A stretch of 51,569 nt of DNA from an uncultured Saprospiraceae bacterium (lineage in GTDB: Bacteria; Bacteroidota; Bacteroidia; Chitinophagales; Saprospiraceae). The translations under genes and the position numbers were made by a program. The stretch lies in assembly GCA_937872405.1 (NCBI GenBank), contig CALMSP010000112.1, forward strand, positions 1 to 51,569, in the 5' to 3' direction. Shown here piece by piece: positions 9,907 through 19,548 of this stretch; within the stretch, counting starts at the first letter, position 1; the number at the start of each line of letters is the position of its first letter. The notes under the pieces are model-generated. The model saw only the letters and a program-made list of their open reading frames with translations. It made no database searches and was not told the origin of the DNA.

Positions 9907-10701
9907 ATGACAGATTTTCAAAACAAGGTTGTCTGGATTACGGGCGCATCCTCTGGTATCGGCGAGGCCTTGGCGTATGTGATGTCGGCGGCAGGCGCTA
10001 CCTTAGTGCTCTCGGCGCGGCGAGCCGATGCCTTAGCGCGCGTAAAAAACAACTGCAACAATCCGGCTGCGGTGCTCGTGCTCTCTATGGACCTGGCGGA
10101 CGCTGATACGATGCCCGAAAAGGTCGCAACTGTACTACAAACCTTCGGTAAAATTGATGTCCTGGTGAATAATGGTGGTGTTTCTCAGCGCAGCTTTGCC
10201 AAGGATACCCAACCTGAAGTGTATCGCAATATTATGGAAATCAACTTCTTCGGCACCATTCACTTGTCCAATCTGGTGTTGGCACATTTTTTAGAACGCA
10301 ACGAAGGAATATTCGTCGTACTGAGCAGTGTGACGGGTAAAGTGGGCTTGCCTTGGCGTACCGCCTACACCGCATCCAAACATGCCGTAGAAGGTTTTTT
10401 TGCTTCCTTACGCGCCGAAATTTGGCAATCGAATATACGCATATTAATGGTGCGCCCCGCTTCGGTCAATACCAATATCGCCCGTAATGCCCTCACCGGC
10501 GATGGCTCCGCATTTGCTGCCGCCGATCGCAATATTGACAACGGTATCTCGCCAGAAGCCTGTGCGGCCGCTATTATGCAAGCTATCCGAAGCGGTAAAA
10601 CCGACGTGCATCCTGGGCCGGCCAAAGAACGGCTGATCTTTTTTCTGAATCGCTTTTTCCCCAAAGTGGTCTTTAATATTGTGAAAAAACTGAAACCATG
10701 A
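9907..10701 (+). CDS. short-chain dehydrogenase/reductase (SDR) family oxidoreductase
   Basis: TGASSGIGEA (TGxxxGxG), NNGG, and the catalytic YTASKHA (YxxxK). Confidence 0.9.
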   Translation: MTDFQNKVVWITGASSGIGEALAYVMSAAGATLVLSARRADALARVKNNCNNPAAVLVLSMDLADADTMPEKVATVLQTFGKIDVLVNNGGVSQRSFAKDTQPEVYRNIMEINFFGTIHLSNLVLAHFLERNEGIFVVLSSVTGKVGLPWRTAYTASKHAVEGFFASLRAEIWQSNIRILMVRPASVNTNIARNALTGDGSAFAAADRNIDNGISPEACAAAIMQAIRSGKTDVHPGPAKERLIFFLNRFFPKVVFNIVKKLKP

Positions 10702-11249
10702 AACCTCTTTTCAAAGCGCATAATCTGTTGTTTGAAGCGCGAATTGATGAAGCAACCTTACAAGCCAGGGTGCGAACACTGGGCGAGCAGATCCGCGCCA
10801 GATACACAGATAAAAATCCTTTATTCATAGGGGTTTTGAATGGGGCTTTCATATTTGCAGCCGACCTGATACGCGCCAGCAGCATACCCTGCGAGATAGA
10901 CTTTGTGCGGCTTTCTTCTTACAAAGGATTGCAATCGTTGGGTGTAGTGCAGGTAGCCTTGGAATCTAAAATTGACATCAAAGGCCGCCACATCATCATC
11001 GTAGAAGATATTGTGGATACCGGCAATACTCTGCGTGTGTTTTGTGAAGCCTTACAACAGCAACAACCAGCTTCTATCGCCATTGCTGCTATGTTGGTAA
11101 AAACAGAAGCCTTGCAGCATCCTTTACAAGTTGATTTCACTGGATTTGAAATACCACCAGACTTTGTTATCGGCTACGGATTGGATTATAATGAGCAGGG
11201 ACGGCATTTACCGGGCATTTATACTTTGGTAAATAATGGGGATAAATAA
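10698..11249 (+). CDS. hpt: hypoxanthine phosphoribosyltransferase
   Basis: 183 aa with the PRPP-binding motif IIIVEDIVDTGNTL and a C-terminal FVIGYGLDY. Its start overlaps the SDR stop as ATGA. Confidence 0.9.
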   Translation: MKPLFKAHNLLFEARIDEATLQARVRTLGEQIRARYTDKNPLFIGVLNGAFIFAADLIRASSIPCEIDFVRLSSYKGLQSLGVVQVALESKIDIKGRHIIIVEDIVDTGNTLRVFCEALQQQQPASIAIAAMLVKTEALQHPLQVDFTGFEIPPDFVIGYGLDYNEQGRHLPGIYTLVNNGDK

Positions 11250-11413
11250 CATTTACAATATAGCTGTGCTGCTCTTGTTGGCAGTCAGCGCCTGAATGCA
11301 ACACCTTTATCCGACCAAGCAATACTACTATGACGTCTTACCAAGCGCTGTGACTCGAAGCAATTGCCATCACCCGACAGGCAGGTGCCTTCCTGCAACA
11401 AGAACTGGGTAAA

Positions 11414-12124
11414 GTGCAGGGGCAATCCATCAAAGAAAAAAGTTTCAATCAATTGGTTAGTTATGTAGATCGGCAAGCCGAGGAATTGTTGGTATCAGGA
11501 TTGGGTAAGCTACTGCCCGAATCAACTTTTCTGACCGAGGAAGCAACGATAGCTGCGCAGGACAGTTCATGGCAATGGATAATTGATCCGCTGGATGGAA
11601 CGACCAATTTCCTGCATGGCGTGCCCGTTTTCGCGGTAAGCGTAGCGCTGAAGCATCAGCATGAAATAGTAGTAGGAATCGTTCAAGAAGTTAATCGCCA
11701 AGAATGCTTCTATGCCTGGCAAGGCGGTGGCGCGTGGTGCAATGAGGCACGTATTCGGGTGCGAGACAATGCAGTGTTGTCAAAAGCATTATTGGCTACG
11801 GGTTTCCCAACTTCCGACTTTGAAAATTTAGCCCAATATATGCAAGCCCTGAGCTATTTCATGCAACGTACCCGCGGCGTGCGACGCCTTGGGGCAGCAT
11901 CGGTTGACTTGGCGTATGTGGCTTGTGGACGTTTTGATGCGTTCTTTGAATACAATCTTCAACCTTGGGATGTGGCGGCAGGGGCACTAATAGTATTGGA
12001 AGCAGGTGGCGTCGTGACGGATTTTCGCGGCGGGAGCGACTACCTTTTCGGTAAAACCATGCTGGCTACCAGCAGCGCCCTCTACCCAGCACTTTGTGCA
12101 CCTATGCAAGCAATGCTGGCTTGA
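11414..12124 (+). CDS. inositol monophosphatase family protein (N-terminus uncertain, see findings)
   Basis: Motifs [17 protein letters not shown] and [10 protein letters not shown]. The ORF-track start is a GTG. Conserved-looking N-terminal sequence continues upstream to 11354 and is separated from an ATG at 11330 by an in-frame TGA. Confidence 0.8.
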   Translation: MQGQSIKEKSFNQLVSYVDRQAEELLVSGLGKLLPESTFLTEEATIAAQDSSWQWIIDPLDGTTNFLHGVPVFAVSVALKHQHEIVVGIVQEVNRQECFYAWQGGGAWCNEARIRVRDNAVLSKALLATGFPTSDFENLAQYMQALSYFMQRTRGVRRLGAASVDLAYVACGRFDAFFEYNLQPWDVAAGALIVLEAGGVVTDFRGGSDYLFGKTMLATSSALYPALCAPMQAMLA

Positions 12125-12245
12125 GCACACCGTGTCTCTGTCTAAAGTTCTGCTGCATTCATCGAACAAAAAACCGACACGGACGCATTTTGTCTTACAT
12201 TTGAACGAAAGAATTGTTACAAGTGGTAAAAATATTGCCGGCGCT

Positions 12246-13478
12246 ATGAATATGTCTGAAAATCTTAAGCTCGCCCTGCGCGCTATTCGCTCTAATATGC
12301 TCCGAGCAGTGCTCACGCTCATGATTATTGCCTTTGGTATCATGGCTTTGGTAGGTATTCTTACAGCCATTGATAGTGCCATTTATTCTCTGAGCAACAA
12401 CCTATCGTCATTGGGTGCCAACACCTTTAATATAGACCCCAAAAGCGGGCAAGGCCGCCGGCAAGGTGTACAGATAAAACAAGGAGACAATATTTCCTTT
12501 AAACAGGCTTTGGATTTCAAAAGTCGCTTTGAATTTCCAGCCCGAACCTCTGTATCCTTATTCTGCTCTAATACTGCTACGGTAAAATACGCCAACGAAA
12601 AAACGAATCCGAACGTCTATATTTTTGGAATTGACGAAAACTACCTCGACGGGAAAGGCTTCGAAGTACAGCTGGGGCGCAACTTTACCTCGCGCGAAGC
12701 ATTCAATGGTGGCTACATGGCTATTATAGGCATGGATGTGGTGAATACCCTTTTTAAAGGGAAGCCAGAAAAAGCCATGGATCAAATTATTTCGGTGGGC
12801 AACATCAAACTGCGAATAGTCGGGGTGCTCAAATCGCGCGGCTCCAGTATGAATCAAAGCGAAGACCGCCGTATCCTTATCCCATTGCAAACGGGTAAGC
12901 GGTATTTTGGTACCGACCGCACCAATTATAAAATATTAGTGGCGGTAAATGATGCCATTCAGATTGATAATGCCGTGGCCGAAGCTACTGGATTGTTTCG
13001 CAATATCAGAGGGCTAAAAGCTTCGCAGGAAAACGATTTTGAACTTTCTAAGAGCGACAGTTTGATTGGCATCATCAAAGAGAATACGCTGTATTTTCGA
13101 TTGGCGGCCATCGGCATCGGCTTGATCACGCTGGTGGGAGCCGCTATTGGTCTGATGAATATCATGCTGGTATCCGTTACCGAGCGCACCCGCGAAATCG
13201 GCATTTGTAAAGCCATTGGCGCTACCAGCCAGAGCATCTTGGTACAATTTCTGACCGAAGCCGTAGTCATCTCTCTGCTGGGAGGGTTGGTAGGCATCAT
13301 CCTTGGCGTTTTAATTGGCAATGTGGTTACCTTGCTTATGGGTGGAAGTTTTTTACTGCCCTGGCTGTGGGTTACCATTGCGGTGCTGACCTGTACAGCA
13401 GTCGGCTTGATCTCCGGTTTGTATCCTGCGCTAAAAGCGGCTCGGCTCGACCCCATCGAGTCCTTGCGCTATGAATAG
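12246..13478 (+). CDS. ABC transporter permease, FtsX/MacB type
   Basis: I moved the start to the in-frame ATG at 12246 ([32 protein letters not shown]). It has an N-terminal TM helix, a periplasmic domain, and a C-terminal FtsX four-helix region ([16 protein letters not shown]...[19 protein letters not shown]). Confidence 0.85.
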   Translation: MNMSENLKLALRAIRSNMLRAVLTLMIIAFGIMALVGILTAIDSAIYSLSNNLSSLGANTFNIDPKSGQGRRQGVQIKQGDNISFKQALDFKSRFEFPARTSVSLFCSNTATVKYANEKTNPNVYIFGIDENYLDGKGFEVQLGRNFTSREAFNGGYMAIIGMDVVNTLFKGKPEKAMDQIISVGNIKLRIVGVLKSRGSSMNQSEDRRILIPLQTGKRYFGTDRTNYKILVAVNDAIQIDNAVAEATGLFRNIRGLKASQENDFELSKSDSLIGIIKENTLYFRLAAIGIGLITLVGAAIGLMNIMLVSVTERTREIGICKAIGATSQSILVQFLTEAVVISLLGGLVGIILGVLIGNVVTLLMGGSFLLPWLWVTIAVLTCTAVGLISGLYPALKAARLDPIESLRYE

Positions 13479-13549
13479 CCAGGGCGGGGTTCTATGCAGC
13501 GAGGGTTGTAATAAGTGTCAGCTCCTGTGCGTTTTTAAAAAAACGTTAC

Positions 13550-15640
13550 ATGAATATGATGCGACTACTACTCCTTTTGCTTGTATTGATAGGTGCCACT
13601 AACAGCTACGGACAAAGTGATGCCGAGCTAAAAAAACGCGCAAAAGAATTTTTCGCCTGGCAACGCTACGATGACGCCCTCAAAACCCTACAAAGTTCGC
13701 GCAATCTAAGTCGAAATGATGCCGAAGGACGCTTTCTGATTGCCCTTTGCCAATATCAGCTCCACCGCCTTGATGAGGCAGCCACCATCCTGCAAGCACT
13801 TGTCGAAAAGGAAAAATCACCTTTCCCAGAATGCTGGTTTTACCTTGGCAAAATTTTTCACGCCAGGCACCAGTTTGCGGAAGCTGGCAGGCACTTCAAG
13901 GTGTACCTAAAAAACATAGCCCCCGACCACCCGAATCGCCGAATGGTGGTGGACATTGTCAGGCGTTGTGCATTCGGGCAAGAAATGCAGTACAAACCGG
14001 CCCGAGCCTACGTGGAAAACTTAGGCCGCGCCGTCAATTCGCCTTATGATGAATTCCTGCCAGTAGTCAGCCCTAATCATGAAGATCGGCTGTATTTTTC
14101 GTCCATTCGACCTGGCAATATCGGCGGTAAACGCAACGAACGTGGGGCCCCCGATGAACAACGAGGACAATATGCCAGCGATATGTTTTTTTGCCAAAAT
14201 CAAAGAGGAACCTGGACGAACGCGCAGCCCATGCCTTACCAACTCAATGGCCCGCAGCACGAAATTTTGCTCGATTTTAATAAAGATGGTAGCGCCCTCA
14301 TCTATTTTCGTGGACCAACATTACAGCGTGGCGATTTGCTGATAGATACCTTTCGGCAATTGGAGGAGCGCCTCATCAGCACCGACCCCTTCCTAACACC
14401 CATAGACACACGCAACGGAGACGGGACCCCTTTCTTGTTCAATGATACCCTGATTTTTTTTGCCAGCACACGCCCTGGCGGTTATGGCGGATCAGACCTT
14501 TATAAATCTGCTTGGCGCAATGGCCGCTGGACAAGCCCCGAAAACCTCGGCCCCGATATCAATACCCCTTACGACGAAGCCTCACCTTTCTTCTGCCGCG
14601 ACAACAAAACCCTTTATTTTAGCTCTAACCACAGCGAACGCAGCATCGGCGGGTTGGATATTTTCAAAAGCGTATATGTGCCCGATTTGCAGCGTTGGAC
14701 AGAGCCTGTCAACCTCGGTATCCCTATTAATTCGGCTGCCGATGATGAACATTTCCGACTTGCTAATGATGGCTTTACCGGATTCTTTTCGTCTTCCCGA
14801 AAAGATGGTTTTGGTATGCGCGACTTGTATATCGCCTATTTTAACGACTATTTGATAGAACAGGAGATGCCAATAGCCGCCTACGTGACTTACACGCCAA
14901 TAGCGCCACCGCCGGTTGTGCCCGTGCCCCAACAAGTTGATACGGCGCTTGCGTCAGCTTCCAATTCTACTGCCGAAACGGCTTCCAACGAATTGTTTTT
15001 CAATACGCCTGATGACCTGCGAAAAAGTACCGCTCAGAATTTTTTTAGTAACATCAACCGCTTATTGGGTGCTGGTCGGAACCGGAAAATCGTACTCAGT
15101 GTGTATGCCCTCCGTTCATCTTCTATACCCGATGGTTTGTTTTTGGCAATCGGACATGCCGAAAAAATTGCCGAGCAACTCACGCGCGCTGGTACTCCTA
15201 CGGATGCTATTTTCTTACGAGCGGCGCTACCAGCGCCACCAATAGCTCGCCCCGAAGCAGATTTTGCGTTGAAATTTGTGATCATTGGCGATGAGGTGCT
15301 TGCTTCAAAAGGGCCGCCGAAAGTACCGTTCAACGCTACCCTGGAACAGGATTTACATTATAAAGTGCAAATTGTAGCCACCAAAAGTGCTTATAAAAGC
15401 CCGCTATTGCAGGATTTTGCGCATCCGATGATAGAAAAAACCTTGGATTTTCCGTATTTGCGTTACACGGTTGGGGCGGTAGATAATTTCGCGGCAGCAC
15501 AGCGCTTACAAAAAGACTTGGTCGCACGGGGCGTGAGCGGTGCCCATATCGCGGCATATATATTTGGACGCCGGACGGATGCGAAAGAGGCGCGGGCTTT
15601 CGTGAGCCAGTTTCCTGATTTGAAAAACTATGCTCGTTAA
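13550..15640 (+). CDS. secreted TPR plus PD40/TolB-like beta-propeller repeat protein with a SPOR-like C-terminus
   Basis: 696 aa with a signal peptide (LLLLLLVLIGATNSYGQ) and N-terminal TPR-like helices. PD40-type blades repeat: DEFLPVVSPNHEDRLYFSS, TLIFFASTRPGGYGGSDLY, DEASPFFCRDNKTLYFSSN, FTGFFSSSRKDGFGMRDLY. The C-terminal YKVQIVAT...AAAQRLQKDLVARG is SPOR-like. Confidence 0.75.
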   Translation: MNMMRLLLLLLVLIGATNSYGQSDAELKKRAKEFFAWQRYDDALKTLQSSRNLSRNDAEGRFLIALCQYQLHRLDEAATILQALVEKEKSPFPECWFYLGKIFHARHQFAEAGRHFKVYLKNIAPDHPNRRMVVDIVRRCAFGQEMQYKPARAYVENLGRAVNSPYDEFLPVVSPNHEDRLYFSSIRPGNIGGKRNERGAPDEQRGQYASDMFFCQNQRGTWTNAQPMPYQLNGPQHEILLDFNKDGSALIYFRGPTLQRGDLLIDTFRQLEERLISTDPFLTPIDTRNGDGTPFLFNDTLIFFASTRPGGYGGSDLYKSAWRNGRWTSPENLGPDINTPYDEASPFFCRDNKTLYFSSNHSERSIGGLDIFKSVYVPDLQRWTEPVNLGIPINSAADDEHFRLANDGFTGFFSSSRKDGFGMRDLYIAYFNDYLIEQEMPIAAYVTYTPIAPPPVVPVPQQVDTALASASNSTAETASNELFFNTPDDLRKSTAQNFFSNINRLLGAGRNRKIVLSVYALRSSSIPDGLFLAIGHAEKIAEQLTRAGTPTDAIFLRAALPAPPIARPEADFALKFVIIGDEVLASKGPPKVPFNATLEQDLHYKVQIVATKSAYKSPLLQDFAHPMIEKTLDFPYLRYTVGAVDNFAAAQRLQKDLVARGVSGAHIAAYIFGRRTDAKEARAFVSQFPDLKNYAR

Positions 15641-15716
15641 GATGCCTACTCAGACCGCTGATAAGAACAAAAGCCAGTTTCTGTAGCGCAGATCACTGGC
15701 CTTTGCCTGAAGAATG

Positions 15717-15790
15717 TGGTCCCACTTGGGCTCGAACCAAGGACCCTCTGATTATGAGTCAGATGCTCTAACCGACTGAGCTATGGGACC
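15717..15790 (-). tRNA. tRNA with CAT anticodon (elongator Met or lysidine-modified Ile2)
   Basis: The reverse complement folds into a 74-nt cloverleaf: GGTCCCA TA GCTC AGTCGGTTA GAGC A TCTGA CTCATAA TCAGA GGGTC CTTGG TTCGAGC CCAAG TGGGACC A. All four stems pair perfectly. CCA is not encoded. Confidence 0.92.
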
Positions 15791-15819
15791 TCAAAGGCAC
15801 TTGTAACCAAATGCGTGTG

Positions 15820-15827
15820 CAAAGTTA
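15820..15827 (-). promoter_or_regulatory. candidate Bacteroidota -7 promoter box (TAACTTTG) for the tRNA
   Basis: The minus strand reads TAACTTTG, matching the TAnnTTTG consensus, about 30 nt upstream of the mature tRNA 5' end. The -33 element is only a weak TTGC. Confidence 0.3.
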
Positions 15828-15974
15828 CGCATTATGCACACATCGCGCAAGGCCCTTGTAACTGTTAATTAAGCATTGCAAGTTAGCTTATTCGTAAATA
15901 ATTGACAACCAACCTGTAAAGCAAAAATATTGTTTTTATTTTCAAACGGTGATCAAATATGATGTTGGGCGCAC

Positions 15975-16799
15975 TCACGGTTTTGCTGGTTGACGCACAT
16001 GCACATCCATCTGCGGAAATGGAATACTAATGCTATTGGCATCAAAAGCTTTTTTAACATGTTCGTGCATGTAGAAATACGTCTGCCAATAGTTTTCACT
16101 TTTGCAAAATGGACGCGACGCCAAGTGAATGGCACTATTGCCCCAGGGCCCAACAACCACAGCAGTTGCAGGCTCTTTGAGTATGTACGGGCATTCATTG
16201 GCCACCTGCAGGATGATCTCACGGGCCCGATCAATCGAATCTTGATAGCTAATGCTAAAACTCAACTCAACGCCGAGGATGCCCTGCCCAGAAATATTGG
16301 TGATAACATTGTTCGTTACCACGCCGTTGGGCACGATAATGCGCTTATTATCAAGGGTTTTTAATACCGTGTTGAACACTTGAATTTCTTCCACTGTGCC
16401 CGTTTGTCCGCCGCCGATGCTCACCAGATCGCTTACTTTGTACGGTTTAAAAATAAGAATCAATACGCCACTGGCAAAATGCCCTAAACTACCTTGCAAC
16501 GCGAAACCAATGGCAAGTGTGAGTGCACTAAAAATAGCAATAAACGAGGTGGTTTCCACGCCGAACATACCCGCTACGCTTATCAGCAGCAATATTTTTA
16601 GCCCAACATTTATAATGGAGGACAAAAAAGGCGTCACGCTCTGGTCAAGTTTGTTGCGTTCCATCGCACGGCGCGCAATGTTTGTAATACGGCCAATAAT
16701 CCAGAATCCGACGATGAGGGTTAATAATGCCCCAACAACTTTTGGCGCATAGGCCGTGATTAATCGAGTAAGCTCTTCCCAGTTAAAAAAATTTTCCAT
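15975..16799 (-). CDS. mechanosensitive ion channel (MscS family)
   Basis: 274 aa with three N-terminal TM helices, then the conserved MscS core FKPYKVSDLVSIGGGQTGTVEEIQVFNTVLKTLDNKRIIVPNGVVTNNVITN. Confidence 0.85.
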   Translation of the reverse strand: MENFFNWEELTRLITAYAPKVVGALLTLIVGFWIIGRITNIARRAMERNKLDQSVTPFLSSIINVGLKILLLISVAGMFGVETTSFIAIFSALTLAIGFALQGSLGHFASGVLILIFKPYKVSDLVSIGGGQTGTVEEIQVFNTVLKTLDNKRIIVPNGVVTNNVITNISGQGILGVELSFSISYQDSIDRAREIILQVANECPYILKEPATAVVVGPWGNSAIHLASRPFCKSENYWQTYFYMHEHVKKAFDANSISIPFPQMDVHVRQPAKP

Positions 16800-16902
16800 A
16801 TTTTTAGAGGGTTTTGAATGAAAAAATAGGTGCCATTGTGACGTAAAGAAGCGCCGAAAGATACAGTTTGATTAAAATAAAAGATTAATATTTTGTAAAA
16901 TA

Positions 16903-17373
16903 ATGAAGCCAAAACTATCGCCAATAGCGGCATTGCAAAAACTCCAGCGCTACTGCGCCTATCAGGAGCGCTCGCATCAGGAGGTGCGCGGTAAATTGCT
17001 TGATTTAGGGATATACGGGGATACGTTGGAGGAAATTATGGCGCAACTGATTGCGGATAATTTTTTGAATGAAGAGCGCTACGCTCGGGCCTATGCTCGC
17101 GGCAAATTTCGGATGAAGCAATGGGGCCGCCGCCGCATCGAACAAGAACTGCAAGCGCGCAAAGTATCGGCGTATTCCATTGGCAAAGCTATGGAAGAAA
17201 TTCCAGCGGCAGCGTATGAGGCTACGCTGCTGGCAATTTTGCAAAAGCAAAAAGTAAAAGTAGCTGAAACCGACGCCTTTGCCCAGCACCACAAAATAGC
17301 GCAGTATGCCATTCGCAAGGGCTTTGAACCCGAATTGGTATGGCAAGTTATACAGCAGCAATTACGCGATTAA
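16903..17373 (+). CDS. recX: RecA regulator RecX
   Basis: 156 aa, all-helical, with an N-terminus ALQKLQRYCAYQERSHQEVRGKL and repeated helical modules typical of RecX. Confidence 0.75.
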   Translation: MKPKLSPIAALQKLQRYCAYQERSHQEVRGKLLDLGIYGDTLEEIMAQLIADNFLNEERYARAYARGKFRMKQWGRRRIEQELQARKVSAYSIGKAMEEIPAAAYEATLLAILQKQKVKVAETDAFAQHHKIAQYAIRKGFEPELVWQVIQQQLRD

Positions 17374-17476
17374 TTTATTTTTTATAATATTCTCTGTTTG
17401 TAATTTTTTTATTAACTGCCTGTTTTGCAGCATTTTACAAAATCAAAATAATATTAATGTTATTATTGTAACCCTA

Positions 17477-19402
17477 TTATTTCTCTAAGCGTTCAATAAG
17501 CCGCGACGAGATTCTTAGAAAATCCATTTCGGTGATGATGCCCACTAACTCGTCATTTTGCACTACCGGCAGGCAGCCAATTTTACTTTCCCGCATGGTG
17601 CGCAGCGCATCAATGATGGTTGCCTTGGGCCCAATTGTAATAGGATCGGCAATCATAATATCTTTTACCATGAAAGCCTCTTGACCATTGTTTCGACTTT
17701 TGCGCGCAAAATGCCGAAGTAGCAATCGGGAGGTAATCAGTCCACCAAGTCGGCCTTTGGAGTCCTCCACAGGCATATATCGAATGCGCCGCCAGTCCAT
17801 GAGTTCGGCCACCAGTTCTATTAGGTCATCTTTCTGTACCGTGAACAGATCAGTTTCCATGAATTCTTCCACTTTGATGCGGGAGGGCAGGTAGTCATCA
17901 AGATCGCCCAGTTCGGGCAGTTCCCAAGTGTGTACAGGCATCTCTTTGGATTGATTTTTGATAATGGCAGCGGTCATAACCGTGAGGGCTTCATCGCGTC
18001 CGCATTCTTTTAAAAGTTTGGTGTAAGCGCGCAGTTGCCAGCGTGCGCCGTTCATGTGGCGTTTGGCACGTTCTTCAATAATGCCGAGGTACTTATCAAT
18101 ATCGGAGCTATCTACTTTTCTCATTTCCAGCCCTTTACGAGCAATTGGTAGCAGCTCTGACAATACCAGATCAGGCGCGGATATTTTTTTATCCTTGAAC
18201 CAAGTGAACTTACTATCAATACCAAACTGTGCCGCTTTGGCAAAGTTGTCGCGCACGTCTTCCCAAGAAATATTTTTACGAATATCGGCGCATTGTTCGG
18301 CCATACCCATCATGGCACCCAGCCAAAACGCAGCATTGGCCACTTCGTCGGTAGAGGTAGGGCCGGCTGGCAGCACCCGATTTTCAATACGCAAATGTGG
18401 TTTTCCATTATCACTGATACCATAGCAGGGGCGATTCCAGCGATACACGGTAGAGTTGTGCACTTGTAAAGCCCGCAGGCGGGGCACTTGGTTCTGTTCG
18501 ATCAATTTGATAGAATCTTCCTCCACGTCAGCGCTCAGAAGCACCCGAAATCGGGCAATATCTTCTTTGTAAATTTCCAGAATGGAGCCGTCGAGCCAGC
18601 CTGTACCGAAACTTACGCGGGGGCTGCGTTCGCGCATGTGATCGTGTGTGGTGCGAATGTCAAGCGCTTGCTGGAATAAGGCGATACGGCTCTCATGCCA
18701 AAGGCGCTTGCCAAAGACGATGGGAGAGTTGGCCGCAATAGCCATCACGGGTGCCGCAAGTGTCTGGGCGATATTGTACATGCAGACAAAATTGGCCGGT
18801 GATACCTGCAGGTGTACCTGAAAGCTGGTGTTGCAGGCTTCTAACAGGGGCGAATCATGCTTGACCAATAGTTCGTCAATGCCCATCAGGCGCAGTTCAT
18901 AAGCAGAGCCAATCAATTGGCTATTAATGGATTCCATCAGCGCATAGTAGCGGGTTTTTGGGGTAAGATTATCCATCTCCAAGTCATGCTTGCGTAAGGT
19001 AGGCAGAATACCTGTCAGGATCAGGTCGGCATCCCATTTTTTGAGTTTTTTACGAATTTTATCTAAATAATCTCGGTTTTCCTGCTCCATTTCACTCAAG
19101 CACTTGTTGGTAAAGACGCGCGGCAGCAAATTGGTTTCTAAGTTGAACTTAGCCAACTCTGTACCGACCCATTCATCGTCTTTCATTGTTTTGAGTACTT
19201 CCATGTTGATGAGCGCAGGCTTCAGGGTTTTCCGATCCACAATGCACATTTCCTGTTCGGCACCAATGCGGACAATATCACTTTCAAACCAGTCGTTCTC
19301 CAGCATGTACTCTATTGCCTGCACGTCGCGCAGCAAATTGCGCACAAAGCGTTGCATAATAACATGATTATCAGTAGCTAACGTTACTTTCTGTTCCCCC
19401 AT
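17477..19402 (-). CDS. glutamate-cysteine ligase family 2 (carboxylate-amine ligase)-like domain fused to a C-terminal CBS pair
   Basis: The ORF track gives 17477..19471. I moved the start to the Met at 19402 (MGEQKVTLATDNH). The N-terminal ~500 aa has a GCS2-like RIGAEQEMCIVD segment. The C-terminus has two CBS modules (VEEFMETDLFTV...RYMPVEDSKGRLGGLIT and VKDIMIADPITI...GCLPVVQNDELVGIITEMD). Confidence 0.65.
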   Translation of the reverse strand: MGEQKVTLATDNHVIMQRFVRNLLRDVQAIEYMLENDWFESDIVRIGAEQEMCIVDRKTLKPALINMEVLKTMKDDEWVGTELAKFNLETNLLPRVFTNKCLSEMEQENRDYLDKIRKKLKKWDADLILTGILPTLRKHDLEMDNLTPKTRYYALMESINSQLIGSAYELRLMGIDELLVKHDSPLLEACNTSFQVHLQVSPANFVCMYNIAQTLAAPVMAIAANSPIVFGKRLWHESRIALFQQALDIRTTHDHMRERSPRVSFGTGWLDGSILEIYKEDIARFRVLLSADVEEDSIKLIEQNQVPRLRALQVHNSTVYRWNRPCYGISDNGKPHLRIENRVLPAGPTSTDEVANAAFWLGAMMGMAEQCADIRKNISWEDVRDNFAKAAQFGIDSKFTWFKDKKISAPDLVLSELLPIARKGLEMRKVDSSDIDKYLGIIEERAKRHMNGARWQLRAYTKLLKECGRDEALTVMTAAIIKNQSKEMPVHTWELPELGDLDDYLPSRIKVEEFMETDLFTVQKDDLIELVAELMDWRRIRYMPVEDSKGRLGGLITSRLLLRHFARKSRNNGQEAFMVKDIMIADPITIGPKATIIDALRTMRESKIGCLPVVQNDELVGIITEMDFLRISSRLIERLEK

Positions 19403-19548
19403 GGCTATTCCGGTTCTTGTGTTTAGTAAAAGAAAATTACAATAAATTTGGCGAATCGCTAAAAAACGCAAGGATTATTTGTACAGCAGTAGCGAAAATT
19501 AGGCAATTTTTTAAAGAACAACTATTTTTTGCAATAAATCTTTTGTTG

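Noticed and set aside
12096-12245. The ORF-track extension of the FtsX permease gene, which overlaps the end of the IMPase-like gene by 29 nt
   Set aside because: The extension encodes no recognisable sequence. The in-frame ATG at 12246 gives the canonical MacB/FtsX N-terminus ([15 protein letters not shown] plus first TM), so the upstream part is most likely untranslated.
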